A stretch of 64,000 nt of DNA from IMG/VR virus record IMGVR_UViG_2061766007_000627; one strand, written 5' to 3'. This document shows, in pieces, positions 17,693 to 26,519 of the stretch (within the stretch, counting starts at the first letter, position 1; every line of letters begins with the position of its first letter). The notes beneath the pieces are model-generated. The model was not told the origin of the DNA and ran no database searches. It worked only from the letters and a program-made list of their open reading frames with translations. This DNA comes from an uncultured virus (IMG/VR IMGVR_UViG_2061766007_000627). Taxonomy: Duplodnaviria; Heunggongvirae; Uroviricota; Caudoviricetes. Both the position numbers and the translations under genes were made by a program.

Positions 17693-17923
17693 GTGATGAT
17701 TACCATTAGTGGAAATATTGCAAACTTTGACGGAACTGCAAAGCAGTTAACACTTGAATTTACGCATTGTATTCTTGGTTTTAAGTATAACCTTATGAAA
17801 GAGTTTGGTTTGTCAGAAAATGAGGTTAAAGAAATCATAGGAAAATGCGGAGAAATCGCATTTATGTCAAACAAAGAGCGTCAGGAATATCTAAACATAC
17901 TGTTGGGAGAGGAAGAAGAATGA
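17693..17923 (+). CDS. Hypothetical protein
   Basis: GAGG RBS, preceded by a variant TGCTAATATTAT motif. Confidence 0.6.
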   Translation: MMITISGNIANFDGTAKQLTLEFTHCILGFKYNLMKEFGLSENEVKEIIGKCGEIAFMSNKERQEYLNILLGEEEE

Positions 17924-18459
17924 AGAACCAAGACTATATAAAAGAAGCATTAGAATTAAACGCAGTATCATTAGAAGAGGCAAGTACATCAAGGCTCGTA
18001 AGCAAGTTTATTGATGATGATATTGCTTTTGCAATTATCAGTGCCTGCAGACCAGATGAGGATAATAAAAAAAGGACGGCTGAATTAAAGAAAGATGTTC
18101 GCAGTCTAAATCTTGGATTCAATGAGTTTATCGGCAGATGGGTAGAAGATGGAGAGTCTTTTGATGAAACTTCTTTGCTGATAACAAATATACCTTTTAA
18201 GAAAGCCTTTGAACTTGGGCAGAAATATAATCAGTCCTCGATTATCTATAAAGATAAAAACGGAGTACGTGAGATATGTACTACGCCCTTTGAAACATAT
18301 AAAGTTGGTGATGTAGTGAGGACATATCATATCGACCCTGATAAACCGCTTAATACAGCTAAAAAGGCGTTCAATTTCAAAGAATCCTTTGAACTGTATG
18401 AACGACAACTGCTTAATACAAGACTCGGTTTTACTGAATCTAAATTGAATATAGATTAG
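17920..18459 (+). CDS. SAM lyase (T3 SAMase)-like protein with acidic leader
   Basis: IISACR..N..R...L...GRWVE...DETS...LG.KYNQSSII parallels the T3 SAMase pattern LVSAFR..N..R...GCYRE...EEKT...WEQDCVL (recalled from memory). Confidence 0.55.
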   Translation: MKNQDYIKEALELNAVSLEEASTSRLVSKFIDDDIAFAIISACRPDEDNKKRTAELKKDVRSLNLGFNEFIGRWVEDGESFDETSLLITNIPFKKAFELGQKYNQSSIIYKDKNGVREICTTPFETYKVGDVVRTYHIDPDKPLNTAKKAFNFKESFELYERQLLNTRLGFTESKLNID

Positions 18460-18488
18460 TTGCATAAAAATGACGATAGGAAAGCTAT

Positions 18489-19016
18489 ATGGATATTCAG
18501 GAGTATATAAAAACGGCATTAGACATAAATCAGGAATTACTTGAATTCGTAATTGATATACAGGTAAACCATGAAGTTGATACGGAGCTGTTAGAGGACA
18601 AGAAAATTCGTCCAGTAGTTGTTAACGGACAGCTTAATGACCAGGCATTAGCAGACTATCAGGATTTCATTTTAGAGATGTTATTAGAGTTAGATGATGC
18701 GGGGCTGGTTGTTATAGATTCAAATGAAAGTAAAAGAAGCAAAACTTCAAAGTATTTTACTTTGGCAGATGAAGTTCAGTATGCAAATAAAAACATGAAG
18801 TATATTATCTTTTTAAGAGTATCTGACCACGTGGCTGACCTGACAGCAGAACAGCAGAAACTAATCAAACAGCAGCGTGATAATGCAAGTAACCAGTTAC
18901 ATGCAAAATATAAAGTCAGAAGTATACTTGTAAATAACATCGAATATAAAACCTACGATGAAGCAATAGAATATGTCCGTAGAAAAGCCGCAGAATATAA
19001 ACAGGCATTGATTTAG
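18489..19016 (+). CDS. Hypothetical protein, probable internal head protein
   Basis: Leader YIKTAL..N..LLE resembles that of the preceding gene. Contains an LRVSDH motif. Confidence 0.6.
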   Translation: MDIQEYIKTALDINQELLEFVIDIQVNHEVDTELLEDKKIRPVVVNGQLNDQALADYQDFILEMLLELDDAGLVVIDSNESKRSKTSKYFTLADEVQYANKNMKYIIFLRVSDHVADLTAEQQKLIKQQRDNASNQLHAKYKVRSILVNNIEYKTYDEAIEYVRRKAAEYKQALI

Positions 19017-19025
19017 GGGTATAGA

Positions 19026-19247
19026 ATGACAATAGGAGAATATGTACGCAATAATGGTGACACAGAATTAGCAGGCATGCTTCTTTCATGGATGTTAACT
19101 GTAATCACGCTGTTAGGTATTGATTTTCGCAAGTTAGATTTAGAAACAGAATATCTTGAAATCATAAAATATTTACAAACACCGATGACAGATGAACTTG
19201 TGTCAGCAGTTGAAATGTGGAAAACACCTTCGGAGATTGTATCATAA
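19026..19247 (+). CDS. Hypothetical protein
   Basis: ORF with RBS, coupled to the next gene. Confidence 0.6.
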   Translation: MTIGEYVRNNGDTELAGMLLSWMLTVITLLGIDFRKLDLETEYLEIIKYLQTPMTDELVSAVEMWKTPSEIVS

Positions 19248-19918
19248 TGGAATTTAATTGTACGGATGAAGTGTTAAAAAATATGTATCGTTACTTGTGT
19301 AAGTATGTAGGTACATATAGAGTTAAAGCAGAATTAGATTTAGCAAAGAATGATTTTCCCCGGACAGCTACTGGAGAAGTAGATGAATCATTTGAAGATT
19401 TGTATATTCCGTGTACTCGTGGCATAATCAAACATACATATCTTGGAGAGAATGTTCTTGCTATTTGTTGTTATGACCACGCACAGCAGGCAAGGAATAT
19501 CTATTCGGCACTCAAAGAAAAATATCCTCGTATAGAAATAGAACTTGATGATGGAGAAACAGATGGAATGATTTATTTCTATGCGAAGGATATTAAGAAA
19601 GTTGCTACAATATGTAAGCCTAAAACTTCTGGAAAAGACATACCGCCTTTTTCTCCTAAAAACTTACCGAAATCTGATTATAAGATACCATCTAAAGACA
19701 TACAGGAGTTATATAAGATTACGAAAGATTTAGATAAACTTTCTACTATGCACTTCTTTAAAAGTGTTAATGCTGCTTTTCTGAAATCGCTAGGTAAAAA
19801 AGTGCAGACAGAAAAAGTAGCGTCAAGATTAGGTACACGAGAGTTTATTCACTCAATGGGTTTGTGGGAGAAGTATCTGAAGTATGTAAAAAGAAAGTAC
19901 TCAAAACTTAACGCTTAA
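19247..19918 (+). CDS. Hypothetical basic protein
   Basis: 223-aa ORF followed by a terminator. Confidence 0.7.
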   Translation: MEFNCTDEVLKNMYRYLCKYVGTYRVKAELDLAKNDFPRTATGEVDESFEDLYIPCTRGIIKHTYLGENVLAICCYDHAQQARNIYSALKEKYPRIEIELDDGETDGMIYFYAKDIKKVATICKPKTSGKDIPPFSPKNLPKSDYKIPSKDIQELYKITKDLDKLSTMHFFKSVNAAFLKSLGKKVQTEKVASRLGTREFIHSMGLWEKYLKYVKRKYSKLNA

Positions 19919-19945
19919 ACGCTCGATTTAAGCGTTTTTATTTTT
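19910..19945 (+). terminator. Rho-independent terminator
   Basis: AACGCTTAAA/TTTAAGCGTT stem followed by a T-run. Confidence 0.7.
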
Positions 19946-20046
19946 ATAAATGAGTATTATATCAAATGTTAAACGAAAACCTGAAATCGGTATGATTTTC
20001 TACAATATACTATGATAAATCAGGGGTAAAAATGGGAGGGTCATAT

Positions 20047-20718
20047 ATGAGAAAACTTGTAATTGCATTGGTACTATTTTTGTTGCTCATAATGTCTGTT
20101 GCACAGGTAGAGGCAAAACAGATAGAGGTGGCAGAAACTATTGCCATTTCACTTCAAGAATTATGTCACGATTGCGTGATATATGTCACACAGTATGAGT
20201 ATGAAGTAATAGAAGAAACTAGTGAATACTTATATACAACAAGTGAACTGAATTATCGTGCAAAGCCTACTATTAATTCAGAGGTATACGGAACACTTTC
20301 AGCGGGTACAGAAGTTTACCGAATGGGCATTTGCAGAAACGGCTGGNNNNNNNNNNNNNNNNNNNNNNNNNNNNNNNNGTGCTATATTTCAACAGACTAT
20401 CTGACAGCAGAAAAACCCGTGGCACAGCAGTCATATTCTTATTCTGAATACTCCCCATCTGATTTGATGTTACTGGGTGTGATATACTGGGGGGATTGGC
20501 GTTTTACTTGGTATTCAGAAAATGTACTTCCCGGCGGTGGGCTTTCTATTCCAGGAAGATGGTCAGACGGAAACTTTGTCAGAGATTGTGATAACTACAT
20601 TTGTGTAGCATCTTCTGACTTATCAAAAGGAACAGTATTAGAAACTCCGTGGGGTATGGCAAAAGTTTATGATTGCGGATGTGCTTCAGGAACTATCGAC
20701 ATCTACACTTCTTGGTGA
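20047..20718 (+). CDS. Secreted SH3b + 3D/RlpA-like cell-wall protein
   Basis: Signal peptide, SH3b pattern LNYR..P...SEV.G.L..G..V....NGW...YIS..YL, and C-terminal VAS....GT...TP.G...VYDCG....IDIY. Confidence 0.7.
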   Translation: MRKLVIALVLFLLLIMSVAQVEAKQIEVAETIAISLQELCHDCVIYVTQYEYEVIEETSEYLYTTSELNYRAKPTINSEVYGTLSAGTEVYRMGICRNGWXXXXXXXXXXXCYISTDYLTAEKPVAQQSYSYSEYSPSDLMLLGVIYWGDWRFTWYSENVLPGGGLSIPGRWSDGNFVRDCDNYICVASSDLSKGTVLETPWGMAKVYDCGCASGTIDIYTSW

Positions 20719-20743
20719 TAAAATATATAAACGAAAGAAAACT

Positions 20744-20758
20744 TGCTAAACTTATATA
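20744..20758 (+). promoter_or_regulatory. Putative late promoter motif (TGCTAAACTTATATA)
   Basis: Variant of the recurrent motif. Confidence 0.55.
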
Positions 20759-20772
20759 TACGGAGGGTTTGA

Positions 20773-21102
20773 ATGGCGAATGGGTCAGTATTTAGAGTAG
20801 TTAAAGATAAGAACTATACTTGTATCAACAATACGATTTTCAAAGAGAAAACGATGTCGTTACAAGCAATCGGACTGCTCTGTTTAATGTTATCACTTCC
20901 TGATGAGTGGGATTATTCACTTAAAGGTTTATGTAAGATACGGAAAGAAAGCATAAATACGATTTCAAAGTATCTGAAAGAACTCCGTAAATTTGGTTAT
21001 CTGGAAGTGATAAAACATACTCCTAATGAAACAAGTACAGGCAGATATGAGTATGAATACCTCATCTATGAAACTCCTGTATTTATGCAGAAAAATGAAT
21101 AA
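20773..21102 (+). CDS. Winged-HTH protein resembling the N-terminal domain of phage replication initiators
   Basis: FRV.K.KNYT.I.N....MSL.A.GLL..MLSLP..WDYS..GL.....L.EL...GYL...Y.IYETP. Confidence 0.75.
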   Translation: MANGSVFRVVKDKNYTCINNTIFKEKTMSLQAIGLLCLMLSLPDEWDYSLKGLCKIRKESINTISKYLKELRKFGYLEVIKHTPNETSTGRYEYEYLIYETPVFMQKNE

Positions 21103-21326
21103 TATACAGAAAAACAAGACACAAATTTTAATACCTTGTTTTTTGTGACTAAAGAAAGTAAGTAAAAAAGAAAGTACTGTAAACTATAATTACTAAAGTA
21201 ATTATAGTATTACAGCAGGTGTATAAAAGAGTGTATAAAAAGATAGTTAGCAAGAGTATCTAACGATACTCTTGCACGGCTAACGCCGTTTAATCATTCC
21301 TAACAGATAGTGTATAAGGATAGTTA

Positions 21327-22265
21327 ATGAAAGCATATACTGATTTAAATAAAGACTTACAGATAATTGAGGACTTCTTTGTAGATGAAGATGATAGTAG
21401 TTCTTTTGATGGTGTCTGTAACAAGATGGATATTTCAGTTACAGATTACTTAGCAATAAAGAATGGTGAGTTAGAACCTACAAAACAACAGTTAGAGAAT
21501 ATCTACAATTTTGCTTACAACCATGGTTTATATCTTAATGAAATTACATGGCAAGAATGTTTAGATGAGTACAGAAAGAATAGAGTTAAAGTTTGTACTC
21601 ATGGCGCTAGAACATATCTTAAAGGTGAGATTAGACTAGATGCGAATGGGTTAGATGATACTGGTATGGGAACCTCTGAACGCAGTGCGATTGCCGCATA
21701 TCGTGGTGGGGAAACTAATGACTTTGCAAGTGGTTTTTATATCGGACAGAACATCACACAAGCAGGAATGTTTGTGGGTAATGACCCTAACTCTTCTTTA
21801 TACTTTTTAACATTCGACCCAAAAGGATTGAGATGTGCATATTTTGATGTAGATGAAACATGGATGCTCGCCATTGGATTATTTAGAGGTAAGCTGAGAG
21901 AATATGAGGATAACCCCAAGTTAAAAGCAATCAGAGATAAAGTTGCTAATTGTGATTTTGTATTCGCTCCGATTGCCGACAATAGATTATTTGAAGTAAT
22001 AGATATGTTTATCAATGGTGAGATTACAAATCTGCAATGTCTGTATGCGATTTCTACTACATATCTTGGGTATCAATATGTGCTTAAAACGCAGAAAGCA
22101 CTTGATAATCTGAAAGTCATTAAACATTTATACTATTGCGCCGTAGAGAAATCCCTGTATAACAGAGAATCGGAGATTGAAGCTAATACATCGAACAATA
22201 AAGCATTAATCGCTCGTAAACGGTACAAAGATAAAGGCGAATATATTAGTGAAATTTTAGGATAA
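21327..22265 (+). CDS. DUF3990-like (ADP-ribosyltransferase-fold) protein with N-terminal HTH
   Basis: HG...NDF..GFY....QA...W...I...R...D.V.APIAD...LG.Q...KTQKA...L. Confidence 0.7.
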   Translation: MKAYTDLNKDLQIIEDFFVDEDDSSSFDGVCNKMDISVTDYLAIKNGELEPTKQQLENIYNFAYNHGLYLNEITWQECLDEYRKNRVKVCTHGARTYLKGEIRLDANGLDDTGMGTSERSAIAAYRGGETNDFASGFYIGQNITQAGMFVGNDPNSSLYFLTFDPKGLRCAYFDVDETWMLAIGLFRGKLREYEDNPKLKAIRDKVANCDFVFAPIADNRLFEVIDMFINGEITNLQCLYAISTTYLGYQYVLKTQKALDNLKVIKHLYYCAVEKSLYNRESEIEANTSNNKALIARKRYKDKGEYISEILG

Positions 22266-22275
22266 GGATAAACTA

Positions 22276-23241
22276 ATGAGAAGAAAGAAAAAAGTTCCCA
22301 CTTTACCAAATCACATAACACCCGTTATGCCTGATTTTACATACGGAGCAGATAAGTTTAACAATTCATGCGATGTAGAACAAGCAAGTTCTATGGGAAC
22401 GGGGTTAGCAGAGAATATGGAAAAGTTTAATTTTGATAATTTAAGAATGGAAATCGTCACCGCCACGATTGATTATATGACTGCAAATGGGTTTGAAGAA
22501 GATGATGCCCGGGCATATTCTGATTTTGAATTTGTAGATGATGGTGATAGATTTAGATGTGAAGTTCGTGGCGAGTTCGGGCTTGATGAGATGGGTGAGT
22601 TAAGTATGATACTCGACCCTATCGTGCAACGGTATGACCCAGATGCTTATTTTGATTTTGTTACAACGGGTATTCTTGAAGCATTTGTTTCTAAAAATAT
22701 ATCTGTTGTAGAATCCTTGAAGCGTGCAGACAGACATAATCAGTTCAAGTCTGATTTGACTGGGTTGTTTGAGTCAACACAGAATAAGTTATCTGCAAGG
22801 GATAAAAACAAACTCGCAGACTTTGTTAAGAATACTGATGATGTCGATGAGATTGAAACATATCTTAATGGTTTATTGAGTAAGAATGAGTCATTGTTAG
22901 AGTATTTAGACATTGATAATACAGACGAATTAGATAGAGAGTTAGAACAGTATGCAGATGAGTGTGATAGAAATATTTATGACGAACTCCCTGATTGGTG
23001 TAAGATTTATTTAGATGAATTTGATGGACCCTGGGTGCATTACGGAAAACTTCCGAGTGGTGTGTATTTCTATACTGATACTTATGATGTTACTTACTTT
23101 GCTAATATAGACGATTTTCTTGATGATATGAGATACGGCGTTAAGGAAACACAGAAAGAGTTTAAGGATTGGGATGCAGATGATTACAGTTTAGAGTTTG
23201 TTAATCTGATGGAATCCGATTTAGATAAGGTACTCAACTAG
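22276..23241 (+). CDS. Acidic multi-module protein, probable internal head protein
   Basis: Modules separated by LAEN/VVESL/LFES/NESLLE motifs. Confidence 0.6.
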   Translation: MRRKKKVPTLPNHITPVMPDFTYGADKFNNSCDVEQASSMGTGLAENMEKFNFDNLRMEIVTATIDYMTANGFEEDDARAYSDFEFVDDGDRFRCEVRGEFGLDEMGELSMILDPIVQRYDPDAYFDFVTTGILEAFVSKNISVVESLKRADRHNQFKSDLTGLFESTQNKLSARDKNKLADFVKNTDDVDEIETYLNGLLSKNESLLEYLDIDNTDELDRELEQYADECDRNIYDELPDWCKIYLDEFDGPWVHYGKLPSGVYFYTDTYDVTYFANIDDFLDDMRYGVKETQKEFKDWDADDYSLEFVNLMESDLDKVLN

Positions 23242-23252
23242 AGGATGGAAAA

Positions 23253-24158
23253 ATGAAGTTAAATGAAGATTTATTTGAACCTGCAAATGGCATTAGTATG
23301 CTTTTGATTGATGCACTTAATAAGAAGTGGGACAGTATATCTAATTTCAATTCAATTATAGTCAACTTACAAGAAGAAGGCTACGATGACATGGTTGGCG
23401 TTATTGAAAATATACTAGTAGATGAAAATAACCACGTCGGGCAGTTGCAGAAATTAATCGAAACTTTAAACCCAACTACAACGGAGATTGAGGTAGGTAG
23501 GGAAGAAGCAGATGAAACGCTTGGTGATTATACATCTACGATGCTGCCAGAAAGTTGGTTGAGAGAGTCTGCAAGTTTTGAAGAGGATATTTATGAGTGG
23601 TTGGAGAAGCACTATGCCACATCTGACCCTGCTGGCTGGATAACTGCATTCAATAAGTATATTGATAGAATTAAGCGTTCTGGGTATAACACAGTAAATC
23701 TTACTACGGACATCAATCGTGCGATTAAAAGATTTTCTAAAGACATCAATATAAAGCCACAGAAGATAGTGTCGAAACTGCAAGAGTCATTGAGAAATGT
23801 GAATAATATCGAGCATAATAAGAAACTCATTCGTAAAGATGTTGCTGTTGAATCTTTACAAGAGGATGTTGATGAAAATGCGTCTGTATTTTATGTTAGT
23901 TACTATGAGGAACAGCCTTTAACGGTAGATGCAGGCACAGAGAATGAACATCAAGTTGCGACTTGTAAACTTATGGAGAGTGAAGAATTTTATACCATAG
24001 ACGAAGCAAGGGAGCGAATTGCCGAACTTGCGGAAGAAGATGGTATAGTCGAGAAGGTATCCGATGATTTTTATATAGAGCGTAGTAAGTTTGTTGGTAA
24101 TGATAGATTTTATATAATAGAAACAGAACAAGGTTCTGAAGAAAAGGACGGAGAATAA
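23253..24158 (+). CDS. Acidic multi-module protein, probable internal head protein
   Basis: Starts MKLNEDLFE and contains LRES, LQESL and VESLQE linkers. The N-terminal region is helical and ferritin-like (DE..H.G.L). Confidence 0.6.
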   Translation: MKLNEDLFEPANGISMLLIDALNKKWDSISNFNSIIVNLQEEGYDDMVGVIENILVDENNHVGQLQKLIETLNPTTTEIEVGREEADETLGDYTSTMLPESWLRESASFEEDIYEWLEKHYATSDPAGWITAFNKYIDRIKRSGYNTVNLTTDINRAIKRFSKDINIKPQKIVSKLQESLRNVNNIEHNKKLIRKDVAVESLQEDVDENASVFYVSYYEEQPLTVDAGTENEHQVATCKLMESEEFYTIDEARERIAELAEEDGIVEKVSDDFYIERSKFVGNDRFYIIETEQGSEEKDGE

Positions 24159-24160
24159 AA

Positions 24161-25462
24161 ATGATATATCAGGTTGCACCTAATCCAGAATTACAAAAAG
24201 ATGTATTAGAAGATAGTGAGCGTTTGCACGATGAAGCAGAAGATGCTCTTGAGGCAAATGAAAAGGAAGCAAATGAGATAGCAAAACATCATGGGGAAGA
24301 TACAAAAGATACAGACGATGTTGTATCTAAATCTGACCTTAAAGACCTTAAATCCATGTATCTTTCTGAAGCGTTGTTTGAAGATTTAGATAAGGAAGAT
24401 TACGATTTATTTAGAAGTTATGTAGTCGAGGACCTTATCAAAAATTGCCTGCTTTTCCGTGGCGACATAAATGGTTATGATGTACGCAGATTACTTTCAG
24501 AGATAGACGATTCTGATATAATGCGTGAAGTAGAAAATCGTATTGAAGAAGAGCGTGATGATTATAACTATGGTTTTTTCGATGACATTGAAGATAGCCT
24601 TAATTCCTTGACCATCTGGAAAACTAAAAATGAGAGTCTGCACGAAGAACTTTCTCCGAAAGGAAAGCAGTTAGTTGCCGAATTAAAGCGTGAACTTGGG
24701 CCCGAACTTCAAAAGAAAGTAGTTGCCTTAATGAAAGATTTGCAGTCATCTTTAACTAAAGACACGAAAAAGGTTGTAGAAAGAGAAACGGAAAAGAAAG
24801 AACCCGATATGAAGGAATCCCTTGCAGGCGGAAAGTGTGATGGTTGGATTGCTTTCTATAGTCCTACTGGTAGGAGTGATGACACGCAAAGATTAGAAAT
24901 AACAAGAGATGAAGCAGATAGTCTGTATCAGGCGAAGTTATTTGCAATAAGCAAATTAAGAGTTCCGAAATCAAAGATGGGTATGCTTACTATAAAGCCT
25001 GCTTATAATGAATCATTAAAAGAGTCATGGTCTGTCTATTATATAGATGATATTCCTGAAGAGGGTACAATTTTTGAAAACGAAGATGATGCAAGGAAGT
25101 TCCAGGCAGAAATGGGAGAGGATTGGGAAGTTGTTCAATTACCAGATACAAAATGGGATATGTTATCTGACGAAGGATTATTTGATGAATCTTTAAAAGA
25201 AGAATTTGATTGGGATTTTCAGAGTGAAGAAGAATCAAAGATACAAAAGGCGTTAAAACGCAAATTAAATACTGTTGTCAATGTATCTGTGAGTACTAAT
25301 GATGATGACAATGGCGTAGAAGTTTGGGTAGAGCCTTATCCTGAAGATGAAGATGTTTGTATTAAAGTGTTAGAAAAATTTGGGTATGATTTTGTTAAAG
25401 ATTGCGGCGATGGTAGCAATAATGGCACTAAAGAATTACTGTTCAAAGGTACAAGAGGATGA
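24161..25462 (+). CDS. Acidic multi-module protein, probable internal head protein
   Basis: Linkers LSEALFE, NESLHEE, MKESL, NESLKES and DESLKEE. Confidence 0.6.
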   Translation: MIYQVAPNPELQKDVLEDSERLHDEAEDALEANEKEANEIAKHHGEDTKDTDDVVSKSDLKDLKSMYLSEALFEDLDKEDYDLFRSYVVEDLIKNCLLFRGDINGYDVRRLLSEIDDSDIMREVENRIEEERDDYNYGFFDDIEDSLNSLTIWKTKNESLHEELSPKGKQLVAELKRELGPELQKKVVALMKDLQSSLTKDTKKVVERETEKKEPDMKESLAGGKCDGWIAFYSPTGRSDDTQRLEITRDEADSLYQAKLFAISKLRVPKSKMGMLTIKPAYNESLKESWSVYYIDDIPEEGTIFENEDDARKFQAEMGEDWEVVQLPDTKWDMLSDEGLFDESLKEEFDWDFQSEEESKIQKALKRKLNTVVNVSVSTNDDDNGVEVWVEPYPEDEDVCIKVLEKFGYDFVKDCGDGSNNGTKELLFKGTRG

Positions 25463-25623
25463 ACAATAAGTATAAACAATACAACCCCAAAGATTTTGAA
25501 TACGATTATCCATATACTTGGGAAGAAAGAAATAAGAAATATCTTGAGAAGCGGGACGATAGACCCGTTAAGATAAGAATGATTGATAATTCATTTTTAG
25601 AAGATGATGAGGATGACGAATAA
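25459..25623 (+). CDS. Small hypothetical protein (54 aa)
   Basis: ATGA/TAATG coupling to both neighbours. Confidence 0.55.
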   Translation: MNNKYKQYNPKDFEYDYPYTWEERNKKYLEKRDDRPVKIRMIDNSFLEDDEDDE

Positions 25624-26516
25624 TGTCAATAAGTATTTTTAATATACAAAATCACCGACTTGACGGAGAGATGTTACGCAAACTTAATGACTTTTCTACG
25701 GGTGATTTCGGTGGAATGTTTGCGACACTCGCAGAGGGTGCAGTTCCTTTTAGTGGCACAGGGTCAGTTACAATAAATAGTTCATTACCCGACCCAATCG
25801 TTCTTATGGGTGGTGGTTGTATCATAACTGTTCCTAAATCAGATATTACATCGTTAACTTTAAAGAGCAGTAAAAAATACGTTGTAATAGTTAATTTGTC
25901 TAATTTAGATAATTTTATATCAGATGAAACTGTTTCAACTTCTTCTGTTCAGACGGAAATACGTGATATTTCTGCCTTACCAGAAACATATACAGGCAGA
26001 ACTATTTGGGTAAACTCAACTGTATTTGAAATACCCTTATTTGAAACAAACGGCAGTAAAAAAGTTACATCACTTATTGAAGTTAAAGATGGCAAGTCAT
26101 GGAGAGAATTTCTTACTGCAGATGCACTGGCACAATGGGAACAAGCCGCTGATGCGAAGTATACTTGGAAAGCAGGTAGTGCAGGAAACACTCAAAATGG
26201 TAAGGTTGGTAATTATGATTTTTCTGCCGATGCACTTTCACATATAGTGGGAACAACCTCTACTGAAGTGCTTGCTACAACTTCAGATAATGTGTTTAAG
26301 TTTTCGCAGTACGGCGCAGGAGCATTATCTGTTGATTCTAACCACATAGTAAATTCAGGAACGCTGTCTGTTGAAAATGGTGGAACAGGTGGTACAGATA
26401 AAAGTTCTGCAAAGCAAGGTTTAGGCATTTTCTATGGTAGTGAGCATCCGTCAGAGCATACTTTTGATGTAGCCTATGGTGTCGGAGATATTTATTTTAG
26501 AATTTTAGAAGGATAA
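25623..26516 (+). CDS. Tail/baseplate structural protein
   Basis: L.V..GGTG.....AK..LGI and GDIYF C-terminal motifs of tail proteins. Confidence 0.55.
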   Translation: MSISIFNIQNHRLDGEMLRKLNDFSTGDFGGMFATLAEGAVPFSGTGSVTINSSLPDPIVLMGGGCIITVPKSDITSLTLKSSKKYVVIVNLSNLDNFISDETVSTSSVQTEIRDISALPETYTGRTIWVNSTVFEIPLFETNGSKKVTSLIEVKDGKSWREFLTADALAQWEQAADAKYTWKAGSAGNTQNGKVGNYDFSADALSHIVGTTSTEVLATTSDNVFKFSQYGAGALSVDSNHIVNSGTLSVENGGTGGTDKSSAKQGLGIFYGSEHPSEHTFDVAYGVGDIYFRILEG

Positions 26517-26519
26517 GAT

